From contig CAJUER010000001.1 in assembly GCA_910585705.1 (NCBI GenBank), positions 55,342 through 119,341 on the forward strand: DNA of 64,000 nt. Reading direction: 5' to 3'. Under the pieces are notes generated by a model. The model made no database searches and was not told the origin of the DNA. It saw nothing but the letters and a program-made list of their open reading frames with translations. Position numbers and translations under genes: made by a program. The stretch is from an uncultured Christensenella sp. (GTDB lineage Bacteria > Bacillota > Clostridia > Christensenellales > Borkfalkiaceae). Numbering within the stretch: the stretch's first letter is position 1; every line of letters begins with the position of its first letter. Positions 36,765 through 46,966 of the stretch are shown piece after piece.

Positions 36765-37982
36765 ATGAAGAAGCTTTTTGCGGCGGTTTCGGCGGCTGTA
36801 ATGCTGTTCGGCGCGGTATCGGGATTTACCGCTTGCGGAAAAGAGGAAGATGAGCACGCGCATATTTGGAACGAAGGTGAAATAACTCTCGCGGCAACGT
36901 GCACGCAGACGGGCGTTAAAACTTTTTTATGCACCGTTGAAGGCTGTACGGAAAGCTATGAAGAGTCCGTTGAAAAAATCGCACACGATTTCACTGGCGA
37001 ATGGATAGGGGACGAGAACGGTCACGCAAGAAAATGCGTCAACTGCGGAACGGTAAACAGCGAAAGCGAGTCGCACAACTTCGAAGAAGATGCGGAAAGG
37101 TATGTGGCGGCAACGTGCAATTCGGATGGTGAAAAGGTATACGTCTGCCGCGATTGCGGAGCGGAAAAGACTGAAAAGGTAACGGAACGCCCTGCACACG
37201 ACTTCACTGGCGAATGGGCAGGGGACGAAAACGGTCACGCAAGAAAATGCGTCAACTGCGGAACGATAGACGAAAAAAATACACATAATTTTACATATAC
37301 GGATATCGGCGCGGACGGACATAAGGAAGTTTGTACGGATTGCGGTTACGGTTCGGCTCTTTCGGCGCACGAATTCGGCGAGGGTACGGTTATAACTCAG
37401 GCGACTTTTAATAAGAAAGGAGAAGCGGAGTACTCTTGCGTTTGCGGACATACCAAAACCGAAGCAACCGATTATGCGGCGGCAAACTACGGCGAGCAGT
37501 TCACAGTCAGCCCCGATGAAAATCACGCATGGTCCTACGGCAAAGCAGACTATGTTTGGAGTCCTGCCGAAAACTTTACTTTTACGGCTGCGACGGACAC
37601 TACCGACGACGCGTGGAAAATCGGCAACAGCGAAATTAAGGCGGGCTGGATAAACGCCGACAACAATGTGGCGATAGGCTACAAAATCCCCGAAGGCGTA
37701 ACCAAAATCAAATTCGACTTGTCCTATACGGGCGGCGGAGAAGATCCCGGAAGGTTTGATATAAGAATTTGGAGAATGGCGCCGGACGGAACGTTGCAGG
37801 GCAACAGTATATTTATAGGTAAAAACCCCGACGGCGGTAAGGTTGAGAATAGCGGTGAAATAGAAACGAATGCAGGCGAAACGGTTTACCTTATTTTCTT
37901 CCACGAGGGCGGTTGGTCGCAGGTCGATAATTTCTACTATTCTTTGACGAATATAACTCCCGAAGCTCTACCTGAGGAATAA
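36765..37982 (+). CDS. surface lipoprotein with repeated Cys/His-rich modules and an uncharacterised C-terminal domain
   Basis: ATG at 36765 gives the signal/lipobox MKKLFAAVSAAVMLFGAVSGFTAC; the ORF-track start at 36651 is an upstream alternative start. Two near-identical modules AHDFTGEW(I/A)GDENGHARKCVNCGT. Confidence 0.6.
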   Translation: MKKLFAAVSAAVMLFGAVSGFTACGKEEDEHAHIWNEGEITLAATCTQTGVKTFLCTVEGCTESYEESVEKIAHDFTGEWIGDENGHARKCVNCGTVNSESESHNFEEDAERYVAATCNSDGEKVYVCRDCGAEKTEKVTERPAHDFTGEWAGDENGHARKCVNCGTIDEKNTHNFTYTDIGADGHKEVCTDCGYGSALSAHEFGEGTVITQATFNKKGEAEYSCVCGHTKTEATDYAAANYGEQFTVSPDENHAWSYGKADYVWSPAENFTFTAATDTTDDAWKIGNSEIKAGWINADNNVAIGYKIPEGVTKIKFDLSYTGGGEDPGRFDIRIWRMAPDGTLQGNSIFIGKNPDGGKVENSGEIETNAGETVYLIFFHEGGWSQVDNFYYSLTNITPEALPEE

Positions 37983-38015
37983 TACAACCAATATAAAAAT
38001 CAAAAAGGATAAAGT

Positions 38016-40988
38016 ATGAAATCGGGAAAATTAAAAATCTCGTTTATTGCAATGCTTGCGTCGATTGCGCTTTTTGCGGTCGGCGCAGGCGTTCTGTCGG
38101 CAAATAAAAACGCTTTTGCGCAAACTTCCTCTTATGGAGAAAGTTACCGCAACAGGCTTTCTTATTCCGCGAAATCGGGTTGGAACAACGACCCCAACGG
38201 GCTTCTGTACGCAGACGGCGTTTACCATATGTATTACCAATATACTTGGGATTCGAGAACGAACGCCACTGCAAATTGGTGGGACCATATGAGCTGGGGT
38301 CACGCAACCAGTTCCGATTTGGTGCACTGGACGGAACAGCCCGTTGCAATTCCCTCGTACTGGGACGAAGAAAACGTAGAGCATATGATGTTTTCGGGCA
38401 GCGCGATTTACGACGGGAACAATACGAGCGGACTTTTCGTAACCGAAAACGGCAAAGTCGTCAAGGGACAGGGAATCGTCGCCGTTTTAACCCAACCCGA
38501 CGAAAAGCAGGGCGGACAGAGGCAGATACTCGCATACAGTAAAGACGGCGGCACAAGCTTTGAAATTTACGGCGAAGTGCTCGGCGCAAACGCGGAAGGC
38601 AGTCTCGGAGACGGCGAATTCCGCGACCCCAAAGTGTTTTGGAACGATACTCTCGGCAAATGGCTTATGGCTGTCGGCGGAGGTTCGGTGAGAATGTATT
38701 CGTCGGATAATCTTAAAGAATGGAATTATCTCGGCGAAACGGGCTTCTGGGGCGAATGTCCCGATATTTCCCGCTACGAAACAGACGGCGGGGAGAAGTA
38801 CGTTTTGATTATTTCCCCCGAAGATAAAAGTAAGAGCCACGAATACAACGGTACGAACCGCGTAGACGATTATTATCCTTCTGAATATTATGCCGTCGGC
38901 GAGCTTGACGCAAACGGACTTTTCCGCGCAACCCAGCCTTTAAAGCGGCTGAGCGAAGGGATAGACAGCTATGCGTTTCAATCGTTTAACAACGTGCCCG
39001 ATAACAAGGTTTACGGAATAAGCTGGTCGGCAAGCTGGCTTACGGTAGGCTCGTACGAAGGTTTTAGGGAAAGCCACAACGGAGGTATGACCGCCGCTTG
39101 CGAGCTTAAACTTGTAAACGACGGAACTGATTACTCGCTGTTGAGAAAACCCGTAGAACAATATTCGGATCTGCGCAAAGAGGAGACTGTTGTTTCGGGT
39201 AAAGCGGAAACAGGCAAAAATCCGCTTAAAGACGTAAAGGCGACGGAAGCGGACATAGAAGCCGAACTCGATTTTTCCGACGGTGCAACCTGTGCCGAGC
39301 TTTGCCTTCGCGTTTCGGCTGCGGAAAAAATCAAGATAAGCTATGACGCCCCTTCGCAAATTCTTACGCTCGACCGTTCGGAAAGCTCGCTCATTGCGGA
39401 AAATACAAATTTTTTCAAGGGCGCTTACAAAAAGCAGGTTGCGCTTGACAACGGCAAACTCAATTTAAGGATACTTCTCGACAGAGCGTTTATAAGCGTA
39501 TTTGCAAACGACGGCGAGGCAAGTTTCTTCTCTGCGGTTTTTCCTTCCGCAGTATCGGACGGAATGTCGCTTTCTTCGGACGGAGTTAAATACTCTTTAA
39601 AAATTTATTCGGTTGAAAGTATTTTCGGCGAGACGGGAAACAGCGAATCGCTTATTCTCTCCGCAACTAAGATTGACGCGACTGTGGGCGCCGAAAGGGC
39701 GGTAGTGGCTTCGTCTTACGCCGCGAACTTCGATTTTACGGACGTTAAATATGCCGTTGCGGAAGGGAGCGAAAACGTTTCCGTTCGCGTGGCAGACGGA
39801 ATAGCTTATATAAAAATGCTCAAAAAGGGCAGCGCAAAAATAAAGGTTTCCTACAAGGGTGCGGAAAAATTTATCGAGGTTTACGTTTACGATAACGGCT
39901 TTATAGGCAACGTAAATTTCACTGAAAGCTACCGCGCGTTCAGTTACATGCGCGATGACGGACTGTTTCTCGGCGCGGGCGGAGTCGACGCTTTCTTGTT
40001 CGGCGACGCCGGCGGTACTGATTTCACTTATTCCGCAAGCTTTACGCCTCAGGCAAACGCTCAGGCAGGCGGACTCGCTTTCGGCTATAACGGCAATCCT
40101 TCGGGCTACTGGTTCGTCACGGCAGACGTCAAGGAAAACGCAGTAAAGCTCGTATTGTTCTGCGGCGAAAAGCAAGCCGCGCAAACGCTTGCAACCGCAC
40201 AGTGCGCGCTTTCTTCAAGCGGGACGTACAGCCTGTCGGTAACCGTTAAGGGCGGCAGGGCGGAAGCGTATTTCAACGGCGTAAAGGTTTTATCTGCCGA
40301 GCTTGAAAACTACAAGGGCGGCAGAGTGGGGCTAAACGTTTTCAACTCCGATATGGTTGTAAACAAGGTGTTCTGCTCGGCGGCGCAAAGCGGCGGAGGA
40401 ATAGCCTTAGGCGAACAGGAAATAGTTAAAATAATAAACGTTACCGACGCAAGCCACAGGCTTGAAGAACAAGATTATTCCGTTGCGGACGGCAAACTCT
40501 TTATAAGCGAAACTTACCTTAAAACTTTGGACGCGGATAAGGATTATACTTTCAGAGTAGTTACCGCAACGACCGACTTCGACGCGGTTATTCATACAGA
40601 TTTTACGGCGGTGACTCTTACGCCCGTGCAAGACGAATTTTCGAAAGGTGAAAACATCTCATTTGCTCTGAGCGATAACTCGCCCGTGTACAAGGTGGAA
40701 ATCAACGGCGTGCAGACGGAGTTCACCAGAGACGGAAACATAATAACCGTTTCGGGTGAGTCGCTTAAAAATCTTACGGGAGGAACTCACGTTTTAAAGG
40801 CGTATACCGCCGACGGAAGACCTGCGGCAAGCTTCAAATTAGCGCCGCTTCCCGACTTCGAGGAAGACGAAGTAAAAATTATAAACCGAATGTTCTTCTG
40901 GATAGACGTATCGATATTCGCCGCACTCATTTGCGGATATGCGGCGTTTACGGCGGTTAAAAAAACAAAAGCGAAAAAATCCAAGTAA
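38016..40988 (+). CDS. large extracellular GH32 fructan beta-fructosidase (levanase/inulinase-like) with C-terminal TM anchor
   Basis: 990 aa. Signal peptide, GH32 motifs WNNDPNG, FRDPKV and ECPD, long beta-rich C-terminal region, terminal hydrophobic helix plus KKTKAKKSK. Confidence 0.9.
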   Translation: MKSGKLKISFIAMLASIALFAVGAGVLSANKNAFAQTSSYGESYRNRLSYSAKSGWNNDPNGLLYADGVYHMYYQYTWDSRTNATANWWDHMSWGHATSSDLVHWTEQPVAIPSYWDEENVEHMMFSGSAIYDGNNTSGLFVTENGKVVKGQGIVAVLTQPDEKQGGQRQILAYSKDGGTSFEIYGEVLGANAEGSLGDGEFRDPKVFWNDTLGKWLMAVGGGSVRMYSSDNLKEWNYLGETGFWGECPDISRYETDGGEKYVLIISPEDKSKSHEYNGTNRVDDYYPSEYYAVGELDANGLFRATQPLKRLSEGIDSYAFQSFNNVPDNKVYGISWSASWLTVGSYEGFRESHNGGMTAACELKLVNDGTDYSLLRKPVEQYSDLRKEETVVSGKAETGKNPLKDVKATEADIEAELDFSDGATCAELCLRVSAAEKIKISYDAPSQILTLDRSESSLIAENTNFFKGAYKKQVALDNGKLNLRILLDRAFISVFANDGEASFFSAVFPSAVSDGMSLSSDGVKYSLKIYSVESIFGETGNSESLILSATKIDATVGAERAVVASSYAANFDFTDVKYAVAEGSENVSVRVADGIAYIKMLKKGSAKIKVSYKGAEKFIEVYVYDNGFIGNVNFTESYRAFSYMRDDGLFLGAGGVDAFLFGDAGGTDFTYSASFTPQANAQAGGLAFGYNGNPSGYWFVTADVKENAVKLVLFCGEKQAAQTLATAQCALSSSGTYSLSVTVKGGRAEAYFNGVKVLSAELENYKGGRVGLNVFNSDMVVNKVFCSAAQSGGGIALGEQEIVKIINVTDASHRLEEQDYSVADGKLFISETYLKTLDADKDYTFRVVTATTDFDAVIHTDFTAVTLTPVQDEFSKGENISFALSDNSPVYKVEINGVQTEFTRDGNIITVSGESLKNLTGGTHVLKAYTADGRPAASFKLAPLPDFEEDEVKIINRMFFWIDVSIFAALICGYAAFTAVKKTKAKKSK

Positions 40989-41003
40989 GACAGGGGCGAA
41001 TTT

Positions 41004-42056
41004 ATGGAAAATATAAAAACAGTGCAGGCGGACGGCGCGGCTTTAAGTGAAAACGAAGCTTTAATAGAGCAGGCGTACGAAGCAATGGCGGAAGGCAAGC
41101 CCGAAAAGCAACCCAAACAAAAACCCGCCGCAAGCAATCCCAAATGGGAAAAGTGGAAACAAAATTTCAAGCGCAGGGGCTGGATTCTTGTGTTTATTCT
41201 GCCTGCGCTTATTTACGTTCTCATTTTCTGTTACGGACCTATGTACGGTATTCTTGTCGCCTTTCAGGACTATATGCCGGGCGACAATATAATAGGTTCC
41301 GGAACGAACTGGATAGGTCTGGATAACTTTAAAACATTTTTTTCGGACCCGAACTTCGGCAACTATTTTTTAAACACTTTTCTATTGTGTATTTTAGGTT
41401 TCCTCGTCGGGTTTCCCCTGCCTATAATTGTTGCGCTTTTGCTTAACTCGCTTAAACCCAAAAAAATCAAAAAGGGATTGCAAATACTTTATTATGCGCC
41501 CCACTTTATATCGCTCGTCGTACTTGTCGGAATGTTGAAACTTATATTCGGCTCTGACGGACTTTTGGACCAGCTGAGCGTAAAGTTTGGAGGGGACGTA
41601 AACGGCTTGCAGTTGTTTTTAAAGCCCGAAGCGTTCAGACCGCTCTTCATCTTCTCGGGCAACTGGCAGGATTTCGGCTGGTCGGCAATTATATATCTTG
41701 CCGCGCTTTCCGGAGTAGATCCCGCCCTGCACGAGGCGGCAAAGGTGGACGGAGCTTCGAGATTCAGAAGGATTTTCAGCGTTGATTTGCCCGCGATTTT
41801 ACCGACGGTAATAATGCTTATGATTCTTTCGATAGGTAATTTAATGAGCTGCGGATACGAAAAAGTTCTTCTGATGCAGACGGGCGGAAACCTCGAAACG
41901 AGCGAAATTTTGTCAACATACGTCTACGGCGGATTAATGAGCGGACAGTACGGACTCAGTACGGCTTCGGGACTGTTCAATTCGGTTATAAACGTTGTGT
42001 TGCTTGTAATAGCGAATTTCACTTCGAAGAAGCTTGCAAATCAGAGTATGTGGTGA
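41004..42056 (+). CDS. sugar ABC transporter permease (LplB/MsmF-like)
   Basis: 350 aa, about 55-aa hydrophilic N-terminal extension then 6 TM segments. EAA-like loop AAKVDGASRFRRIFSVDLP. Confidence 0.85.
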   Translation: MENIKTVQADGAALSENEALIEQAYEAMAEGKPEKQPKQKPAASNPKWEKWKQNFKRRGWILVFILPALIYVLIFCYGPMYGILVAFQDYMPGDNIIGSGTNWIGLDNFKTFFSDPNFGNYFLNTFLLCILGFLVGFPLPIIVALLLNSLKPKKIKKGLQILYYAPHFISLVVLVGMLKLIFGSDGLLDQLSVKFGGDVNGLQLFLKPEAFRPLFIFSGNWQDFGWSAIIYLAALSGVDPALHEAAKVDGASRFRRIFSVDLPAILPTVIMLMILSIGNLMSCGYEKVLLMQTGGNLETSEILSTYVYGGLMSGQYGLSTASGLFNSVINVVLLVIANFTSKKLANQSMW

Positions 42057-42060
42057 CGGT

Positions 42061-42966
42061 ATGGAAGATAAAGAATTAAAAGCGTTAAAAAAGAAAAACA
42101 AAATCAAAGGCAGTAAAACCGATTATGTGTATTACGTTATCTGCGGCTTTATTCTGTTTTTGCTTGCGGTTATCGTAATTTATCCGCTGTACTATATTGT
42201 CATTGCTTCCGTGTCGGACCCCGACGCGGTTATGACGGGCAAGGTGTGGCTGTACCCCGTAAAAGTCACGTTTTCGGGCTATGCACAGCTTTTCAACCGC
42301 GACGACGTTTGGCGCGGCTACTTCAATACTCTCGTATATACCATATTTGGAACGCTTTTCAACATAGCCTTGACGATACCTGCGGGCTGGGCGCTTTCAC
42401 GCGATTATCTGCCTTTCAGAAAGGTTATAAACGTGCTTTTGATAATCACGATGTTTTTCGGCGGCGGACTTGTGCCTTACGTCATACTGTGCAGAACGCT
42501 GGGACTTTATCAGAATCCGTTGATTTTAATAATAGGCGGAGGCGTAAGCGTTTACAACGTGTTTATGTGTAAATCGTTCTTTCAGGTCAACGTTCCTAAG
42601 GAAGTGCTGGAAGCCGCGCAGATAGACGGCGCAGGAGAAATACGCACGTTCTTTGACCTCGTTCTTCCGCTTGCAAAATCTATAATAAGCGTAATGGTTC
42701 TCTTCTACGCTGTGGGGCACTGGAACAACTATATAGACGCCTATATATTCAGTATAGACAAAGACTTTTATCCTTTGCAGGCGGTCATTAACGGACTTCT
42801 CGACGCTACCGCCGGCGGCGAAGGCGACGTGGTGCTCGAACAAATGCGCGTAGCAACGCAAATAAAATTCACGTCGATTATCGTTGCAACCTTGCCTATT
42901 TTGGTGCTTTATCCGATGATTGAAAAGCACTTCGGTCAAGGCGTTCTTGTGGGTTCGTTCAAATAA
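42061..42966 (+). CDS. sugar ABC transporter permease (LplC/MsmG-like)
   Basis: ATG at 42061 (MEDKELKALKK...); the ORF-track start at 42034 is a TTG inside the previous gene. EAA loop AAQIDGAGEIRTFFDLVLP. Confidence 0.85.
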   Translation: MEDKELKALKKKNKIKGSKTDYVYYVICGFILFLLAVIVIYPLYYIVIASVSDPDAVMTGKVWLYPVKVTFSGYAQLFNRDDVWRGYFNTLVYTIFGTLFNIALTIPAGWALSRDYLPFRKVINVLLIITMFFGGGLVPYVILCRTLGLYQNPLILIIGGGVSVYNVFMCKSFFQVNVPKEVLEAAQIDGAGEIRTFFDLVLPLAKSIISVMVLFYAVGHWNNYIDAYIFSIDKDFYPLQAVINGLLDATAGGEGDVVLEQMRVATQIKFTSIIVATLPILVLYPMIEKHFGQGVLVGSFK

Positions 42967-42982
42967 AAACACGGAGAAAATT

Positions 42983-44620
42983 ATGAAGAAAATAATTGCG
43001 GGAGTGCTCGTCGCGGTTCTATGGTTTGCGGTCGTCATAACCTATACCGCCGTCGCTATGAAAGGCGACGGAGACGAGGACGGTCACGAATTTACAATTC
43101 TTACCGTTAAGGAAGAAACGGTAAAAGATTATAATACGATGCCTGTGTTCAAAGCGCTTGCAAGAGAAACGGGCAGGGACGTTTACTGGACGTACAACAC
43201 TTCCACGCAGTACGCAAACAACACAGACCCCGTCGGCATAAACGGAATAGACGCAATTTATCACTCAGGCTTTTCAAACCTGCAACTGTATAATTACGGC
43301 AGTCGCGGCAGAATAGTCGCAATAGACGAGTACCTCAAATATATGCCTAATTTTTCAAAGATTTTGCAGGACCGTCCCGACATAGCCGAAGCGTTAAAAT
43401 CGCCGCCTACGCCCGACGCACCGGAGGGACATATTTATTCGCTTCCGCGCGTGGAGGAAATGGGGCTTAAAGCTTATCCCAATATTCTGTTTTTGAATAA
43501 GGCGTGGGTTGAAAAGCTTATCGACTTAAACGAATTGCCCGCAGAAGTCGGACTGGAAAAATCCGATTTGACCGACGGTCTTGTTTTAAAACGCAGTCAG
43601 TTCAAAGCCATATTGCAAAAGTTCAACGATTTGGATATGGACGGCGACGGAAGCAGTGAAAACGAAATTCCTCTCACCTTCGTAAGCGGTAACTGGCAGG
43701 GCAACGAAAGCGACCTAATAGCTTCATTCGGCGTGCCTGAAAACGTAGAGCATAAAACGATTGTCGACGGCAAGGTTTCCTTTACCGTAGAAAATGAAAA
43801 CTGGTTCAACGCGGTAAAGGAGCTCAACGACTGGTACAATAAAAAACTTATCCGCTCGACGGCGTTCACGCAGACTCAGGACGAGTTCCTTGCAAAAGGT
43901 CAGGACGGCAGATACGGCGCGTTCTACTGGTGGGAAAAGGAAACGGTGGTCGCCAAAAATTTGCAGGAAAATTATATTATGCTTCAACCACTTGTGGACG
44001 ACGCCACAGGTAAGCAGTACGTCGGACAGAGCAACGAGCTTGAAATAGAAAAGGGCGAATGCGTGATATTGTCGTCCTGCAAGGATAAGGAAGGACTTCT
44101 CTCTTACTTCGATAAGTTTTTCGAACCTCTCTATTCGGCGCAATTGAATTACGGCTCGATAGAATCGGGCGCATTCGAAAAACAGAAAGAGGGTGAAAAG
44201 CTCATACCGAACGACGATCACGGCGCGCAGAGCGCGGACGACTTCCGTATGAAAAACGCCCCTTACGGCGTGGTGTATCTTACGGGCGACGTTTGGGAAA
44301 ATCACGTTGAAATGGAAGCGCGTGCAAAGCTCAGGTTACAGCGGCTTGAAGAATATCTTAAAAACAATTCTTTTGAGAACGTAAAGGCGATTCCGAATTT
44401 AAATTATACCAAAGATGAGCTCGATACACTCAACAGATACGAAAATTCGCTCGGCAAAAATATTACTTCGTGGATGATAAACAAAATCACTTCGTCGGGT
44501 GCGCCGACTTTAAGCGACTGGCAGAGTTTTCTCAAAACTAACGAAACTTCAATACAGCAGGTAAAAAACGTAAACCAGAAGGCGTACGACAGGTACGTTG
44601 AAGCGACGACGCGCAAGTAA
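42983..44620 (+). CDS. extracellular solute-binding protein (LplA-like, large family-1 type)
   Basis: ATG at 42983 with ACGGAGAAAA RBS gives MKKIIAGVLVAVLWFAVV signal anchor. About 545 aa, typical of LplA-type binding proteins. Confidence 0.8.
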   Translation: MKKIIAGVLVAVLWFAVVITYTAVAMKGDGDEDGHEFTILTVKEETVKDYNTMPVFKALARETGRDVYWTYNTSTQYANNTDPVGINGIDAIYHSGFSNLQLYNYGSRGRIVAIDEYLKYMPNFSKILQDRPDIAEALKSPPTPDAPEGHIYSLPRVEEMGLKAYPNILFLNKAWVEKLIDLNELPAEVGLEKSDLTDGLVLKRSQFKAILQKFNDLDMDGDGSSENEIPLTFVSGNWQGNESDLIASFGVPENVEHKTIVDGKVSFTVENENWFNAVKELNDWYNKKLIRSTAFTQTQDEFLAKGQDGRYGAFYWWEKETVVAKNLQENYIMLQPLVDDATGKQYVGQSNELEIEKGECVILSSCKDKEGLLSYFDKFFEPLYSAQLNYGSIESGAFEKQKEGEKLIPNDDHGAQSADDFRMKNAPYGVVYLTGDVWENHVEMEARAKLRLQRLEEYLKNNSFENVKAIPNLNYTKDELDTLNRYENSLGKNITSWMINKITSSGAPTLSDWQSFLKTNETSIQQVKNVNQKAYDRYVEATTRK

Positions 44621-44642
44621 AGGATAAAAGGAGGGGGGAGCA

Positions 44643-45329
44643 ATGAAAGGTTTCAGACTGTTCGGCGATTATGCTTTCGAGTTTTTTGTCGTCACTTTAT
44701 TACTTGCCCTTTCGGCGTTGCTGGTAATTCCTTTTGTTCCCATGCTTGTAGGCGTTACGGCGTATTTCAAAGAGAGTATTAACGTCCGCCGCTTTAAGGA
44801 CATTTTTACCGCAATAGGGAAAAATATAAAAATACTCGTTTTTTATACCCTGTTCCAGCTCGTGATTATTATTTTCCCCGTGCTGAACGTCTACTTTTTC
44901 AACACCCACCCCGAAAGCGTGAATTACTTCGTGCTTGCGGTAAGCTGCGTTGCGCTGTTCGTCGGTATAATATACCTTGTGACCGCGCCGACGGTAATCG
45001 TAAATATGTCGGTTACGCTCCGCCAGCTTTTTTACAACGGCATAATGCTTCTTTTCGGCGGACTTGTGCGCAGTATAATTTCTGTTGCGTGCATTGCGGG
45101 AATCGTCGCGCTGATAATTTTTTATCCCTACGTTGTGCCTTTCACGCTGTACGCCGCGCCTTTGCTTATTTCGAAATTGATGAACGAAAATTTTTTGAAG
45201 CTCAAAGCAAAAGCGCTTAATACAAGCGTGTTCGAGCTTAAAAGAAAGCAAACAGAAGACGATTATCTCGATGAAAACGGAGAAATAAACCGTACGGAAA
45301 TTTTGGAGAAATATGATGAAGAAAATTAA
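44643..45329 (+). CDS. YesL/DUF624-family membrane protein
   Basis: 228 aa, AGGAGGGGGG RBS, 4-5 TM segments. Typical accessory gene of LplABC-type sugar loci. Confidence 0.6.
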   Translation: MKGFRLFGDYAFEFFVVTLLLALSALLVIPFVPMLVGVTAYFKESINVRRFKDIFTAIGKNIKILVFYTLFQLVIIIFPVLNVYFFNTHPESVNYFVLAVSCVALFVGIIYLVTAPTVIVNMSVTLRQLFYNGIMLLFGGLVRSIISVACIAGIVALIIFYPYVVPFTLYAAPLLISKLMNENFLKLKAKALNTSVFELKRKQTEDDYLDENGEINRTEILEKYDEEN

Positions 45330-46962
45330 GCTTTTGCTTTTACCGCTCGCGGCTTCCGCATTGACGCTTGCCGCTTGCGGACAGAAAGAAATAAATCACG
45401 GACCTGAGCTTTGGGGCGTGAATGATATAATCTGTCTTGCGGGCACTACCGTTGACTTGCTTGACGGCGTTGCCGCGCTCGATTTGGAGGACGGAGACAT
45501 TACTCCGAATTTGCGCGTAACGGTAACGCCCGAAGTCCCCGTTGAAAACGGCTATACCGTATTCCCCGCAGCAGGCGAGTACGAGGTGTGTTACGAAGCT
45601 TACGACAGTCAGGGCAAGTACGTCAGGACTACCGTCGGCGCGTCGGTCAAGCAACGCGAAGTATATACGGACAGTGTGCTTACCAACGGTTTTTCTTTAA
45701 ATACGGGCGGTAAGGTCGAAATAATAAACGAGGGTTTGAACTCGAACGTATACTCGTTTAAAGTCACAGGCAACGAAATTGCGGAGGACGTAAAACTTTC
45801 CCGCGAGTACACGCTCGTTTCGGGTGTGGAATATACTTTTGCTTATCACTTCGACTGCAACGCTTCGGGCAGGATAAAATGTGCGGCGGACGGCTTTGCG
45901 TTTGCGGAAAGGAATATAGCCGCAGGCAGTGGACAAATTCAATTTACCTATTCTCTGCCGTACTCCGAAACTGCGGACGGTCAGGCGGCTTCCGACACAG
46001 TTTTAATAGAGCTTTGGCTCGGCGGACTCGATGGAGAAATGAATTTTTCTTTATCTAAATGCGAATTATCGTATCTCAGTACCGGCGACGGCTTGGTTGA
46101 AAAATTGCCGAATTTCGATTTCAACGGCAAGACGGAAGGCAGGTTTGACGGAACGGTAGGAACGGCAGGCGCTGCCGAAGGCGGTAAGGGAGTGTTTGTG
46201 GAAATAAGCAAAGCTTCCGCCGACACCTGGCGCGGCGGGGTGTTTGTTAACACGGGGCTCAATATCGCGGACGGTGTGACCTACAAGGTTTCTTACGACG
46301 TGGAAGCGCAAAACGACGGTCCTTTCGAGGTCATATTGCAGAACAAACAGTGGGACGCGAACGAATTCCATAAAACATTCAATACAGGTCACAGCGAATT
46401 CGACGTTACGATAAACGCGCAGTCGAGCGGCACGCTCTGGATTTATATAGCGTCGGGTGCAAACGTAAATAGAATCACGCTTAAAAACCTCAGCGTTAAA
46501 GCGCAGGAAAGCGGAACTATCAAAAAGACGTTTGAAATAGGTCAGATTTATTCCAACAACTCCGACGGCGGCGAAGGAAGCGCAGTTTGTGAGTACGGAA
46601 GGATAATTTACGATATTAAAAAGTTCGGCGCCAATTGGGGCAATAACGAATTGGGCACTCCTTCTTTCGCGCTGTCCGGCGCGGCGGGAAACTTCGTCAT
46701 AACTTTCAAAGCAAAGGCTTCCTCGCCTGTGAATTGCGTTTTTGCGGCAAGCGCGGCGGACTATTGGGATACCTTTGTCTGGAAACAGCTTAAAATCACC
46801 GAACAAGAGCGGACTTATTCCGTCCGTTGCGACGATAAGAGCGTGGAAGGAAATTATAAATTTCTATGGCAGTTCGGCTCGTCAGCGAACTCCGTTTATT
46901 CAGACGTAAAGGTTGAAATCAGCGACTTAAAAATATGTTATTTAAGCGAACTCGAAGGTTGA
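45313..46962 (+). CDS. surface lipoprotein with N-terminal Ig-like (DUF5011-like) module and beta-rich putative carbohydrate-binding region
   Basis: 549 aa. Lipobox LTLAAC. GVNDIICLAGTTVDLLDGVAALDLEDGDITPNLRV resembles DUF5011/Ig-like modules. The rest is unassigned. Confidence 0.55.
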   Translation: MMKKIKLLLLPLAASALTLAACGQKEINHGPELWGVNDIICLAGTTVDLLDGVAALDLEDGDITPNLRVTVTPEVPVENGYTVFPAAGEYEVCYEAYDSQGKYVRTTVGASVKQREVYTDSVLTNGFSLNTGGKVEIINEGLNSNVYSFKVTGNEIAEDVKLSREYTLVSGVEYTFAYHFDCNASGRIKCAADGFAFAERNIAAGSGQIQFTYSLPYSETADGQAASDTVLIELWLGGLDGEMNFSLSKCELSYLSTGDGLVEKLPNFDFNGKTEGRFDGTVGTAGAAEGGKGVFVEISKASADTWRGGVFVNTGLNIADGVTYKVSYDVEAQNDGPFEVILQNKQWDANEFHKTFNTGHSEFDVTINAQSSGTLWIYIASGANVNRITLKNLSVKAQESGTIKKTFEIGQIYSNNSDGGEGSAVCEYGRIIYDIKKFGANWGNNELGTPSFALSGAAGNFVITFKAKASSPVNCVFAASAADYWDTFVWKQLKITEQERTYSVRCDDKSVEGNYKFLWQFGSSANSVYSDVKVEISDLKICYLSELEG

Positions 46963-46966
46963 TAAA

